Notes: generated by a model not told the origin, from the sequence alone. A DNA stretch of 64,000 bases from Candidatus Latescibacterota bacterium (GCA_965208835.1 OZ242358.1:3104001-3168000); one strand, 5' to 3'. Shown: positions 45,305 to 55,364, numbered from the stretch's first letter. A program made the numbers and translations.

Positions 45305-46003
45305 ATGGGAGAGCACAAACGTATTTCAAGTCTGGGTAAACGCGCGCGGATGAGCTTTCGCGGTACGCTTATTGCCGGGATCGCGCTTCTGGTGCCGGTC
45401 GTGGTTACGTTTATCGTTCTCCAGATCATCTTTCAGTGGATCGACGGTCTGGCTCAGCCGCTGGTGAAGCGCATTTTTCAGACCACAGACGATGTCTTCG
45501 GGCTGGGGCTCGTCCTGACGCTCATCCTGATCTGGCTTGCCGGCTTGCTGGCCGGCAATGTATTCGGCAAACGCCTCATTGGCATGGGAGACGACCTTAT
45601 AAAGCGGCTTCCGGTAATCGGCAGCATCTACGGTCCGGTAAAACAGTTCATGGAATCGGTCGTCTCACCGGACGAAGACAGGGGTTTCAACCGGGTCGTA
45701 CTCGCCGAATATCCATCCGACGGGCTCTGGATTCTGGGTTTTGCAACGGGAGATATTCCGATGGACGACGAGGGCCGGATCGGTCGTTGCGTGTTTATTC
45801 CGACCTCGCCAAATCCGGCCACCGGCTGGTCGGTTGTGTTTCCACCCGAAAAGGTGCGAAACGTCTCGCTCACGGTGGAAGAGGCGATGCAGATGATCGT
45901 CTCGGCGGGGGTCGTGATTCCGGATGCGCTGAAAACCGCGCCTGCGGACGAGCCGGACGCCGCCCTTACGAACCTGCCCTCCGCTGCAGGACGGTCCGAT
46001 TAG
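45305..46003 (+). CDS. DUF502 membrane protein
   Basis: LPVIGSIY, EYP, FIPTSPNPATG, IVSAG. Confidence 0.88.
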   Translation: MGEHKRISSLGKRARMSFRGTLIAGIALLVPVVVTFIVLQIIFQWIDGLAQPLVKRIFQTTDDVFGLGLVLTLILIWLAGLLAGNVFGKRLIGMGDDLIKRLPVIGSIYGPVKQFMESVVSPDEDRGFNRVVLAEYPSDGLWILGFATGDIPMDDEGRIGRCVFIPTSPNPATGWSVVFPPEKVRNVSLTVEEAMQMIVSAGVVIPDALKTAPADEPDAALTNLPSAAGRSD

Positions 46004-46033
46004 GAACCTGGCGCCCGGACCCGGACGGGTCTG

Positions 46034-46438
46034 TCAGGTCTCGAAATCGTCAACGTCGTTAAACGCTTCCAGGGTGTCGACGTCTTCCCGGACCAGTGCC
46101 AGTATCGAGTTGTGTGGAATAATCAGGTATTTCTCGCCCTCGAACTTGATCTCCATCGCCATCTTTTTCATGAACAGGGCATAATCGCCAACCTGAGCCT
46201 GCATCGGAAGGTACTTGGGTTCGTCCGGTACGCTCCGCCAGGGCTCGTCGTCGACGTCGTGCGGCTGCGGCAGCGGCATGCCCGGACCCGTCAGCATAAT
46301 CCTCCCGCCCTGGACCTCCTCCTTTTCGACGACCGTCTGCGGCAGGTACAGGCCAACCTCGGTGCGTTCCTGGAGCTCCTCCTGCTTGACCAGGACCCGA
46401 TCCCCCACAATAATCAGTTCCTTATTTCCCATTTTCAT
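46034..46438 (-). CDS. GroES family co-chaperonin paralogue (no adjacent groEL)
   Basis: GDRVLVK, T..GLYLP, GPG, VGD.ALF, EKYLII. Confidence 0.88.
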   Translation of the reverse strand: MKMGNKELIIVGDRVLVKQEELQERTEVGLYLPQTVVEKEEVQGGRIMLTGPGMPLPQPHDVDDEPWRSVPDEPKYLPMQAQVGDYALFMKKMAMEIKFEGEKYLIIPHNSILALVREDVDTLEAFNDVDDFET

Positions 46439-46471
46439 AGGACATCCCTCCTGGTTTCGGTATTATCTGAG

Positions 46472-46557
46472 TGCCGGAGGCCGGACTCGAACCGGCACGG
46501 GCTTATCGGCCCGGGGGATTTTAAGTCCCCTATGTCTACCAATTCCATCACTCCGGC
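46472..46557 (-). tRNA. tRNA-Leu(TAA)
   Basis: GCCGGAGTGATGGAATTGGTAGACATAGGGGACTTAAAATCCCC...GGTTCGAGTCCGGCCTCCGGCA; long variable arm; CCA not encoded. Confidence 0.95.
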
Positions 46558-46567
46558 ACCGGAATCG

Positions 46568-46596
46568 AAAATAGCCAACCGCCGGTTCATTGTCAA
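46568..46596 (-). promoter_or_regulatory. Promoter of tRNA-Leu
   Basis: TTGACA-N17-TATTTT. Confidence 0.6.
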
Positions 46597-46647
46597 GCGT
46601 GATTATACGTTTCTCCTACTTCCAAAAAAAACAACGACTAATCTTAA

Positions 46648-46807
46648 GAAGCTGTCTTAAAACCCCCATCGGTCTTCGCGCGGCTGCAAGAGCGTCGGTC
46701 TGCGTTGGTCAAATCCACCCGTATACCAAATATGGGCGAATTTGCCCGCCTTGACCGACACATTTTCGCGCGCGCTCGGGACTCACCAGGAATTTTAAAA
46801 CAGCTTC
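46648..46807. mobile_element. MITE family A, copy 4 (most diverged), between the tRNA genes
   Basis: GAAGCTGTCTTAAAA...TTTTAAAACAGCTTC flanked by TAA/TAA. Confidence 0.85.
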
Positions 46808-46838
46808 TAATAAGACAGTCGCTGGCCCATCCGTAAAA

Positions 46839-46913
46839 TGGAGGCGGCGGGCGGATTCGAACCGCCGAATAGGGGCTTTGCAGGCCCTTGCCTTACCACT
46901 TGGCCACGCCGCC
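46839..46913 (-). tRNA. tRNA-Cys(GCA)
   Basis: GGCGGCGTGGCCAAGTGGTAAGGCAAGGGCCTGCAAAGCCCCTATTCGGCGGTTCGAATCCGCCCGCCGCCTCCA. Confidence 0.96.
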
Positions 46914-46928
46914 TCGCTCTATGATTTG

Positions 46929-46957
46929 AAAATACAACACCCGTGCGCCGTTGTCAA
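46929..46957 (-). promoter_or_regulatory. Promoter of tRNA-Cys
   Basis: TTGACA-N17-TATTTT. Confidence 0.6.
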
Positions 46958-46992
46958 GCCTGTCGCACGGTTTTGGGGGAGTTTCGGGCCGG

Positions 46993-47637
46993 TTACCGGC
47001 TTGCCCAGAGCATCCCCCGTCTCTGAATCTCGCGCGCTTCGGGCACGTCGAAATCCCGCGCCACGTGCCCCAGCGACGAGTAGAACACCCGTCCCTCGCC
47101 CCACATCCGCTTCCAGACCACCGGCATTACGCAACCGTTTACCCACGGCGCCACCGTCGTCTGGAAAGTCGTGGTCGCCAACACGCGGTTCGATGGGTCC
47201 ACGTGCATGTAATACTGCTCCGAATGCATTTTGAAGTCCTGAATCCCACGCGTAATCGGGTCCTCGCGGTCCACGACGTTCACCTCGTAGTCGATGACGC
47301 CGCCGGGATGCGACACCCACTGGCCGCCAACCATGAACTGGTATTCGGTGTGGTTTCGGAATGCGTCCGCCATTCCGCCATGCCAGCCGGCTATCCCTGC
47401 GCCGTTCCTGACCGCCGTGAGCAACCCCTCCTCCTGCGACCGTTCGATGGTTCCCATCGTCCAGATCGGAACCACAAGACTCAGTTCCGCCATGAGGTCG
47501 GCATCCAGATACACGTCCATCGTATCCGAAAGCGTCACGTCAAATCCCTCCCCTGCGAGGATCGGCGCGAAAATGTCCACACACTGTCTGGGCTCGTGCC
47601 CCTCCCAGCCGCCGTACACCATCAATGCTTTCTTCAT
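46993..47637 (-). CDS. ThuA-like domain protein
   Basis: [44 protein letters not shown]. Confidence 0.9.
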   Translation of the reverse strand: MKKALMVYGGWEGHEPRQCVDIFAPILAGEGFDVTLSDTMDVYLDADLMAELSLVVPIWTMGTIERSQEEGLLTAVRNGAGIAGWHGGMADAFRNHTEYQFMVGGQWVSHPGGVIDYEVNVVDREDPITRGIQDFKMHSEQYYMHVDPSNRVLATTTFQTTVAPWVNGCVMPVVWKRMWGEGRVFYSSLGHVARDFDVPEAREIQRRGMLWASR

Positions 47638-47739
47638 ATCTTCCCCAATGTACGCTTTGAAATCAATCCGGCGCAATGGTTTGAGACGAGTGCTTCAACG
47701 GGCAGGGCCGCCAGAGCGTCGAACGTCTTTGATTTCCGC

Positions 47740-48972
47740 TCAGGACCAGCCGCGTACCATATACGTTTGCAGCGTGCCGCTTTCGTCTGAATTGAAAAAC
47801 CCCGAACTTCCATCCGGCGCCAGGAAAGGATGAATATGGGTGTCCTTTCGCCAGGAGGACCCGGGGTTCGCAACCCTTCTTGCGTTCGACAACGCGCCAT
47901 CATCGGCCCCGGGTAGATCGAACAGCCAGACCGCGCCGCCCCCGTCCCTGGGGCCGGCATCCGTTATCAGGCGGCGTCCGGAGACGTCCGTGGCGAAGTG
48001 GTAGAAGTCCGGAACGTCGAAAGATCGGGACAGATCGTTTCGCCATCCCCCGGGCGTCCCGTTTCCGTGGTGCCCCGTGTGCGCCGCCGCTCGGCCTGAA
48101 ATGAGCTGCCTTTCGTCCGGCTCACGCGTGGACGTGCTGGTGATCGAGATGTCGGACCGCCCCTGCCAGCACTGGTGCCCCTGGCAGAATTCGTTCCCGT
48201 CGCGCCCCCAGGGGAAATCCCGGAGCGAGTTCCCATCGTCCCGGATCAGGTGGATATCGGCGCCCGTTCCGCCCGTGAGCTTCTCGATCCTGCCATCGGG
48301 GGACGCGACGTTGCCGTGGTTCTCCTGAATCATGATGTCGTGCGAGGCGTCCGGATCGGTCTGCCGCGTGTATTGGGGGTGGACATTGCACCAGGAGGTT
48401 CCACGAAAGACCAGCCGCGCGGACGGCTCATTGATTTCGAAGACGAGCAGTCCCCAGGTGGCGCCTTCGGTTCGGCCGTCCCCCAGAAATCCGGAGATCG
48501 CGATTCGCCTTCCGTCGGACGAAATGGTCGAGAGCGGATACGGACGGCTGAGCCGGAAATCCGTGCCCGGAACGGGATGGTCCAGGACGTAGATCACCTC
48601 GCGGCCCGACCCGTCCAGTCTCACCCGTTTGAGCGTGAGCGGTCCCGGATTCGCGGGGTCGGTTTCGTCGACAAAGTAATACAGCCAGTCGCCGTCGGGC
48701 GAGATGGAAGGGGCAGTCGTTCCCAATTCCGTCGTGAGGGGCGCCATGCGGCAGTGGTCCTCCAGGTCGCACACCAGGTACCGGTGCTCCGGGTCTTTCG
48801 GATTGGAACCGTGCGGATGCGCGGAGCGGTGGAGTACCAGCCGCCGCGAATCCGGCGTGAAAATCTGCGCTTCCATGTAAATGTGCGAGGACGGAATCGA
48901 CTCATCCGTCAGCTGAACGACCTCCAGATTGTCCTCCTCGGCCGCGGGAACGAGGTCCGGTCTGATTTTCAA
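47740..48972 (-). CDS. Oligogalacturonate lyase-like / TolB-like beta-propeller protein
   Basis: HIYME..IFTPD, HPQY, GHQCW, HIHPFLAPDG...FNSD. Confidence 0.65.
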   Translation of the reverse strand: MKIRPDLVPAAEEDNLEVVQLTDESIPSSHIYMEAQIFTPDSRRLVLHRSAHPHGSNPKDPEHRYLVCDLEDHCRMAPLTTELGTTAPSISPDGDWLYYFVDETDPANPGPLTLKRVRLDGSGREVIYVLDHPVPGTDFRLSRPYPLSTISSDGRRIAISGFLGDGRTEGATWGLLVFEINEPSARLVFRGTSWCNVHPQYTRQTDPDASHDIMIQENHGNVASPDGRIEKLTGGTGADIHLIRDDGNSLRDFPWGRDGNEFCQGHQCWQGRSDISITSTSTREPDERQLISGRAAAHTGHHGNGTPGGWRNDLSRSFDVPDFYHFATDVSGRRLITDAGPRDGGGAVWLFDLPGADDGALSNARRVANPGSSWRKDTHIHPFLAPDGSSGFFNSDESGTLQTYMVRGWS

Positions 48973-49156
48973 TTTACGATACCTCCGCTATATGGATATC
49001 TACGGCGCGAAACCGCAAAATACCGGGATCGGGATTCACAGGATGAATTCGTGCGCACCACGCCGCGCAAAGACAGTTGTGTTATGGGCAGACAGTCAAC
49101 GTATATTACCTCAACCTCAGTCGATGAACCGTACGTTTTCCCGAAAGGACATTCCC

Positions 49157-49534
49157 ATGAAGAAACGACCGTTCACCAGTTCGAAGGGGAACATCCCCAA
49201 GTTCCCCTACTCGCAGGCCATTATATACGGCGACCTGATATTCATATCCGCCCAGCCTCCCGTGGACCCGGAAACGGGAGAAGTGGATTCCGGCGACGTG
49301 AACGCCCAGACCCGCCGACTCCTCACCAACGTATCCGGCATCCTCGAGGACGCGGGCACCTCGCTGGACAACGTGCTCAAGGTCACCGTGTTCCTCAAAG
49401 ACCGGTCGTTGTTTTCGGATTTCAACGACGCCTACGCCGGTTTCTTCCCGGAAAACCCGCCGGCGCGGTCACCGGTCTTCACCGACACCGGCGACTATCT
49501 TGTCACGATGGACTTTATCGCCGGCATGGATTGA
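49157..49534 (+). CDS. RidA family protein
   Basis: PYSQAI, NVLKVTVFL, FNDAYAGFF..PPARS. Confidence 0.9.
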   Translation: MKKRPFTSSKGNIPKFPYSQAIIYGDLIFISAQPPVDPETGEVDSGDVNAQTRRLLTNVSGILEDAGTSLDNVLKVTVFLKDRSLFSDFNDAYAGFFPENPPARSPVFTDTGDYLVTMDFIAGMD

Positions 49535-49561
49535 GTACCGGGACGGACGCTGGCTGCCGGA

Positions 49562-50581
49562 CTATTCACCGCGATTGGCTTTCGCGCGTTTCGTTCCGGC
49601 CAGGCGCGCGCCCAGGCGCAGGGTGCTGAGCATATTGGCCTCGTTCGCGACGCCCTTGCCCGCTATATCGAACGCGGTGCCGTGGTCGACGGAGACCCGG
49701 ACGACGGGCAGGCCCAGCGTCACGTTCACCGCATCGTGGAACGCCACCAGCTTGACCGGCGCGTGACCCTGGTCGTGGTACATCGCCACCACCCCGTCGA
49801 AGCCGCCGTTGTACGCCTTCAGAAAAACCGTATCCGCGGGAAGCGGCCCGGTTACCCGCATCCCCCCGGCGTTCGCCCGTTGAACGGCCGGCAGGATCAC
49901 GTCCGCGTCTTCTCTTCCAAGGATTCCCGCTTCACCAGCGTGAGGATTCAAGCCGCACACGGCAATGCGGGGATGCGGCCGGCCCATATCCGCAAGCGCA
50001 TCGTTCAGCAGTCTGATGGTGCCGAGAACGCGTGCTTCGTTCAACCGCTCCGGCACCTGTTCCAGCGCCACGTGTCCCGTAACGTGGGCTACGTTAAGGC
50101 GTTCCGAGGCCAGCATCAGGCGTACGTCCGGCACGCCCAGACGCTCCGCCAGCAGTTCCGTATGACCGGCATACGGGAACCCCGCCCGGTTCATCGCCTC
50201 CTTGTTCAGAGGCGCCGTCGCGATCCCGTCGATTCGCCCTGCCGCAGCCAGGTCCGCCGCCCGGAACACCCATTCCACGGCCGCCCGGCCCGCTTCGGGA
50301 CACACGCAACCGGTCTCTATCCGTGCAAGTTCCAGGTCGACCGGCGCCCGGAGATCGATCTGTCCGAAGCAGTACTCGCCCGATTCGGGGTTGTCGACGC
50401 ACCGGACCTCGAGCCGCCGGCTTGCGTGCGCCAGGTTCGCGGCGAGTACTTCCGCGTCGCCGATCACCAGCGGACGACAGAACGCGTATACACTCGAATG
50501 GCTCAGCGCCTTGACGATCACCTCGGGGCCGATGCCGCAGACATCCCCCATCGTGATCCCCAGCAACGGACGCGATGTCAT
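49562..50581 (-). CDS. pdxA: 4-hydroxythreonine-4-phosphate dehydrogenase (PdxA family)
   Basis: GITMGD..GIGPE, GHTE, GLNPHAGE, MYHDQG, SVDHGTAFDIAGKG. Confidence 0.93.
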   Translation of the reverse strand: MTSRPLLGITMGDVCGIGPEVIVKALSHSSVYAFCRPLVIGDAEVLAANLAHASRRLEVRCVDNPESGEYCFGQIDLRAPVDLELARIETGCVCPEAGRAAVEWVFRAADLAAAGRIDGIATAPLNKEAMNRAGFPYAGHTELLAERLGVPDVRLMLASERLNVAHVTGHVALEQVPERLNEARVLGTIRLLNDALADMGRPHPRIAVCGLNPHAGEAGILGREDADVILPAVQRANAGGMRVTGPLPADTVFLKAYNGGFDGVVAMYHDQGHAPVKLVAFHDAVNVTLGLPVVRVSVDHGTAFDIAGKGVANEANMLSTLRLGARLAGTKRAKANRGE

Positions 50582-50591
50582 TTCGAAACAC

Positions 50592-51455
50592 CTAACCCTT
50601 TTCAGGTCCCGAGGTTGCGTACACCTGCCGAGGAAATCCCCCGTAAGGATCTTTGCCAAGGAACATTCGCGTAAATCCCCTCTGTACGGAAAACCCGAAT
50701 TCCTCGGCCAACCCCGTCCCGTGCGGATTCTCCAGCGGCACGTCGAAGAAAACCGGTTCCCCGGCCAGCCTGTCCAACGCCCAGCAGAACAGCGACCTGC
50801 CCGCCCGCTCGTGGACCGCCGCCAGCGGACCGATCTGGTAGGCGTTGCTGCCGGGCCTGACCATCACGAATCCCTCGACCGTGCTGCCCTCCCCTGGGTA
50901 GACCCCGCACAAACCTCCTGAATCCCGGTACAGATACCTCAGCAGACCCTCCCGGCAAACGCCGAAACAGGGCGTATCGAAGGCAAACACGTCCGCAAGA
51001 TCCGTGTCCCGCATTTCTCGGACCGACGTCCACCTGCACGCCTTTCCGACTCCTTCCCGGCGCTCCAGCGCGTATTCGTCGCGGAACCCCAGCGGCACGT
51101 ACACCTGCCGTCCCATGGGTGTCGCGTCCAGCTTGATCGTGTCCACGCCGCTGGACTGCAGGTGGGCAATCCCGTGCCGCAGCATCGCGGTACCAATACC
51201 CTGCCGCCGACGCTCGGGCGGCACCAGCACCATCGCGACCCACCCGCAGACCCCGTCGAACGTCACCGTCACCACCGTGCCTGCCGGCTCGCTCCCGATC
51301 TCGGCGACAAAACAGCCGCCGGGCGAAAGCGCCAGAAAACGCTGCCAGTCCGCTTCGACCTGATTCCAGCCGGCCAGCGTCTTGAACCGCATGCCCGTCG
51401 CGACATCTTCAGACGTCATCTGCCGGATACGAAGGCTATTTCCGATATCGGACAC
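50592..51455 (-). CDS. GNAT family N-acetyltransferase (two-domain)
   Basis: GWNQ, VPPERRRQGIG, LDATPMG..VY..LGF; GGAGGG RBS before GTG. Confidence 0.88.
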   Translation of the reverse strand: MSDIGNSLRIRQMTSEDVATGMRFKTLAGWNQVEADWQRFLALSPGGCFVAEIGSEPAGTVVTVTFDGVCGWVAMVLVPPERRRQGIGTAMLRHGIAHLQSSGVDTIKLDATPMGRQVYVPLGFRDEYALERREGVGKACRWTSVREMRDTDLADVFAFDTPCFGVCREGLLRYLYRDSGGLCGVYPGEGSTVEGFVMVRPGSNAYQIGPLAAVHERAGRSLFCWALDRLAGEPVFFDVPLENPHGTGLAEEFGFSVQRGFTRMFLGKDPYGGFPRQVYATSGPEKG

Positions 51456-51669
51456 ACACCCTCCGGCGGAACCCATCTGCCCACGCTGTCCGCATCCGAC
51501 CGCGCGAGCCTGGGAAAGTCCTGCCATTCACCCGTTGACACGTGGGCCCATACGCCTCATATTATCGCCACTTTCAGCCCCGTACGCAACAGCCGGACGT
51601 CGATTCCGCGTTCGAATCACACCGTCGCCACATCCTTAAAACCTCGCGCAGGAGCCTGGGTCCCACTCC

Positions 51670-53589
51670 ATGGCGAATATTGTCAGCCGCCGCTCCATCC
51701 TCATCGGCCTTGCGCTTACGGTTATCATCTGCCTCTTCGCGACAGACACGACCTACCGCCTTCGGGCCTCCCGGGTCTCCCTGGGCCACCTGCCCATGTC
51801 CCTCTGGCTGCCGTTCCTTCTCCTCTTCCTCGTCAATCGGGTCCTGCAGCACTTCCGTCCGCTCCGGGCTCTGAACGCCAGGGAACTGGGCCTGATCCTC
51901 TGCATGGGATTCATCGGCGGCGCGTTTCCAACGAAAAACATCGCCGGCCGCCTTGTCGCCGTCCTCGCCACGCCGTACTACAAGGCCACGCCCGAAAACC
52001 GGTGGGGTGACTACGTTACGGAACACCTGCGGTCCTGGTCCGTCCCCGGAGACCGGAACGGCGCCATCACGCACCTGTGGGAGGGTCTGCCCAGGGGTCA
52101 GCCCGTTCCCTGGGAGGTCTGGCTGGTACCCCTGTTCTGGTGGTTCACCCTGCTGTTCGCGCTCTTTTTCGCCTGCCTCTGCATCGCCGTCATCCTCCGC
52201 AAACAGTGGGTGGAACACGAAAGGATCGTCTTTCCGCTGGCCCGGCTGCCGCTGATGATGATATCCGATCCCGGCACGGGCGCCATCCCGCTCTTCAACA
52301 ACCGGCGCTTCTGGGCAGGATTCGCGATCGGCATTTTCGTTCTCGCGTGGAATGTCCTCCCCCGCTTTTCTCACCGCGTGCCCTTCATTCCACTCGGTCC
52401 CACGTATTCGAGCACCCTGTCCTTCGGCCACGACTTCCCGCCGCTGCAGATCAAATTCAACTTCGTGGTCGCGGCGTTCGGCTACCTCACGAATCTGGAG
52501 GTGCTGCTGTCCGTCTGGCTCTTTCACGTGCTGTCACTGTTCGAGATCGGCCTGACCAACCGCCTCGGAATCACCGTCAGCAGCGAATACCACGGCGGCG
52601 TTCTGCTGCAACAGGCGGGCGGATTCGTCGCGCTCGTACTTCTGGGCCTCTTCATCGCCCGAAAGCACATCGCAGGCGTATTTCGCAGTGCCTGGAAGAA
52701 ACAGCCGGGTATGGACGACAGAGACGAACTGCTGTCCTATCGCGCCGCCGTTGTCGGCCTGTTGGTATCACTGGCCTATTCGGTGGCCTGGCTGCACGCA
52801 CTGGGAATTTCCTTCCTAGCGGTCACCGTGCAGCTCGGGCTGCTTCTCGTCTTTTTCCTCGGCCTGTCCAAGATTGTGGCGGAAACGGGCCTGGTCTACA
52901 TCGAAACGCCGCAGCGCACCCAGGCGCTGACCGCGGCAATTCTGGGCGCACAGGTACAAACCGCCGACCACGTGGGCCTGGCGCTCTCGGCTAATGTGGT
53001 TGAGAGCCACCGGCAATACATCCTGCCATCACTCGTACACGTGGCCCGAATCCAGCACGGCTTTCGCTGGGACCGGTTCCGCGTGACCGCGGCCCTCTGC
53101 GCGGCGTTCGTGGTGGGATTCGCGGCGTCGATCGCCTACACACTCAACCTCTGCTACAGCGCCACCGGTGCGGCGAATATCCGGCACGTTTACGTATTCG
53201 GCGGCTACGGCCTCCGGATGTTCAACCGCGTGGTCACGTGGGCGGGCGCTCCGCCCACCTTCACGGGAACGGAGCTTGCATTCATTGCAGCCGGCGTTCT
53301 GGGCACCCTGCTCCTGGGCATGCTCCGGCTGCGCTTTCCCTGGTGGCCGCTGCACCCCGTCGGATTCACGGTGGGCTACGCGTTCCCCGTGAGGGTCACG
53401 GCCTTTACCGTCTTTCTCGTGTGGGCTTTCAAGTCCCTTGTGCTCAGGTTCGGCGGCATCGCGCTCTACCGGAGCTTTCAGCCGTTTTTCGTGGGATTGC
53501 TGATCGGCTACACTCTGGGCGTGGGACTCTCGACTCTCACCGATGCGGTCTGGTTCCCTGGCGACGGAAAGATGGTCCACACCTGGTGA
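51670..53589 (+). CDS. Polytopic membrane protein (DUF6785/DUF6784-like, putative transporter)
   Basis: LRKQWVEHER..FPL, VAETG, WWPLHPVG, PFFVGLLIG motifs; many TM segments. Confidence 0.75.
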   Translation: MANIVSRRSILIGLALTVIICLFATDTTYRLRASRVSLGHLPMSLWLPFLLLFLVNRVLQHFRPLRALNARELGLILCMGFIGGAFPTKNIAGRLVAVLATPYYKATPENRWGDYVTEHLRSWSVPGDRNGAITHLWEGLPRGQPVPWEVWLVPLFWWFTLLFALFFACLCIAVILRKQWVEHERIVFPLARLPLMMISDPGTGAIPLFNNRRFWAGFAIGIFVLAWNVLPRFSHRVPFIPLGPTYSSTLSFGHDFPPLQIKFNFVVAAFGYLTNLEVLLSVWLFHVLSLFEIGLTNRLGITVSSEYHGGVLLQQAGGFVALVLLGLFIARKHIAGVFRSAWKKQPGMDDRDELLSYRAAVVGLLVSLAYSVAWLHALGISFLAVTVQLGLLLVFFLGLSKIVAETGLVYIETPQRTQALTAAILGAQVQTADHVGLALSANVVESHRQYILPSLVHVARIQHGFRWDRFRVTAALCAAFVVGFAASIAYTLNLCYSATGAANIRHVYVFGGYGLRMFNRVVTWAGAPPTFTGTELAFIAAGVLGTLLLGMLRLRFPWWPLHPVGFTVGYAFPVRVTAFTVFLVWAFKSLVLRFGGIALYRSFQPFFVGLLIGYTLGVGLSTLTDAVWFPGDGKMVHTW

Positions 53590-53611
53590 TACGCACCGCC
53601 CGCCGTGGTCT

Positions 53612-54634
53612 TCATGATGTGCGCTGTCCGGGCCGCAACGCCTCATCGCCGAACATGAAGGAAAGCAGGGCGAACCGCCGGCCGGACGTCACCTCCGTAA
53701 CCGCATGCAGGTGCGAACAGGAAAACACGACCGCTCCGCCGGCCCCCGGTCTGTAGAGGTGGGGGCCGAATTCCGGAAATTGCAGGCACCCGCCCGCATA
53801 CTGCGCGTTCAGGTTCAACGTCAGTGCAAACCGGCGGTGCGCGGTCGACGGGCTCAAATTGTCCCGGTGAGCGTGAAAGAACCCTCCCGACGCGGCGGCG
53901 TAGCACGCTATCTTGAACCCTTCAAACCGGGTGGCGCGGTAAGCGAACGCCCGATGCAGCTCCGGAATCACCCTGCGGCCGATGGAAGTCGAAAGCAGCC
54001 TGACCAGCTTGTCGTCGTCTACGACGTGGTCTCGCCGGCTCTTTTGATCGGCGTCGATCCGCTCCCCTCGCGCCGCTCCCTGCGATTGCTCCACGCCGGT
54101 TTCCACGCTGCCCCTGTTTTCCCACACCTGCATCAGAAAATTGCAGATTTCGGGATCGAGCACGTTCGGAATCAGCAGCACCGGGGCCTGCGTTTCAACC
54201 ACCCCGGGTTCGATCTCCACCCGGTTCGCATCCAGCACGTTTCGCACCTTGCGCGCCGCGTTACGGGGTTCATCCAGCAATATCGACGCAAGCACGCGCA
54301 GATTCGCATCCAGAACGAACACGACGGACGATGCTGAATCCGGGATCCGATACGCGGAACGAACCACGCCCTTCGCATCCACGAAGACCGGGTGGGGCCA
54401 CCCCGGACCCGGCGCGTTTTCGGAAGCCATGACCGCCAGGACATCCACATCCCGTCCCTCCAGCTCAGCCGAGAAACCAGGAAGGCGTTCATCGTCGCCC
54501 CGGGAAAAAACCAGCAACGTGGACATTCCGCCCGCCTTCGAATAAAACCGGGTCGGCTTGCCGTCCGGCGACAGCGGAAGCACGAAGTCCGTGGCTCGCT
54601 CGCCTCTTTCCAGGCCATGGGATTCTGAATTCAT
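53612..54634 (-). CDS. Redoxin-like domain fused to a 2OG-Fe(II) oxygenase
   Basis: GERATDFVL...FVLDANLR N-domain; HAHRD...HAV...RFALLSF facial triad. Confidence 0.85.
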   Translation of the reverse strand: MNSESHGLERGERATDFVLPLSPDGKPTRFYSKAGGMSTLLVFSRGDDERLPGFSAELEGRDVDVLAVMASENAPGPGWPHPVFVDAKGVVRSAYRIPDSASSVVFVLDANLRVLASILLDEPRNAARKVRNVLDANRVEIEPGVVETQAPVLLIPNVLDPEICNFLMQVWENRGSVETGVEQSQGAARGERIDADQKSRRDHVVDDDKLVRLLSTSIGRRVIPELHRAFAYRATRFEGFKIACYAAASGGFFHAHRDNLSPSTAHRRFALTLNLNAQYAGGCLQFPEFGPHLYRPGAGGAVVFSCSHLHAVTEVTSGRRFALLSFMFGDEALRPGQRTS

Positions 54635-54655
54635 CTCACACCTATCGAAAGAAAA

Positions 54656-54798
54656 TTTACTACGAAAAAGGCGAAACTACGAATAGACGAGAATACGAAT
54701 AAACGAAAGGCACGAAAAGGCGAAACTACGAGAATACCAAATACGAGAAAATGGCTGAAAGGCAAAGCCACAACTACGAATGGCGCGAATTTACACAA
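54656..54798. repeat. Purine-rich degenerate ACGAA tandem repeat tract
   Basis: Many ACGAA/GCGAA units; ACGAAAAAGGCGAAACTACGA and ACGAAAAGGCGAAACTACGA form a near-exact repeat. Confidence 0.65.
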
Positions 54799-54856
54799 AT
54801 AAATACCCCAAGTCGACCACCAAAAAAACGGGGACGGAGACTGTCATCCAGAGGAC

Positions 54857-54990
54857 TTGCCCTTAGCCTGTCGAAGGGGCCTGGGTGCAACGTCCGCTAA
54901 ACGTATCGGCCACACCTTCGCCGAGATTGTCAACCGGAGGCCTTGCCATGAACCTGCTTGCATTGAGCTTGTCGAAATGGCGAAGGGTGG
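54857..54990. repeat. TGAGCTTGTCGAA-type palindromic repeats
   Basis: CCCTTAGCCTGTCGAAGGG and the 25-mer TGCTTGCATTGAGCTTGTCGAAATG, identical to 60385-60409. Confidence 0.7.
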
Positions 54991-55204
54991 ACTCAGAGTC
55001 TTCGGTATCGCATGGGGTCAAAAGATAATTCCAGTGGCGTGCGCGTCAAGACACAAAACTCCCAACCGGTGCAGTCCACGCCGCCAGGGCCTCGATGGTC
55101 CCGGATCCAGTCACCGGCGGACGGGCTCGGCGCGCCTCCTTCGAAATCTCTTGCAGGAAGCCGCATAAGGCGCATATAATACGGCAGTTATTGTGAATGT
55201 TTAG

Positions 55205-55364
55205 CAGCCCGTTGAAAAAGCCCATCCGGGCTGCGGCCGGCCCTTGCGGTCGAAATACTTCGTTGCGCTCCCTCGCCGAATCGCAGGATGGGACTCGGTC
55301 GCGCGCCTTGTCTTCGGCCACAATGCCTCGGCCTCGCCTGCAGAGCGACTTTATCAACGGACTG
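55205..55364. mobile_element. MITE family B, full copy (160 bp)
   Basis: TIR CAGCCCGTTGAAAAAG / CTTTATCAACGGACTG; flanks TTAG/TTAA. Confidence 0.82.

Noticed and set aside
46440-46920. tRNA-anchored integrative island
   Set aside because: No integrase nearby and no duplicated tRNA 3' end seen in the window.
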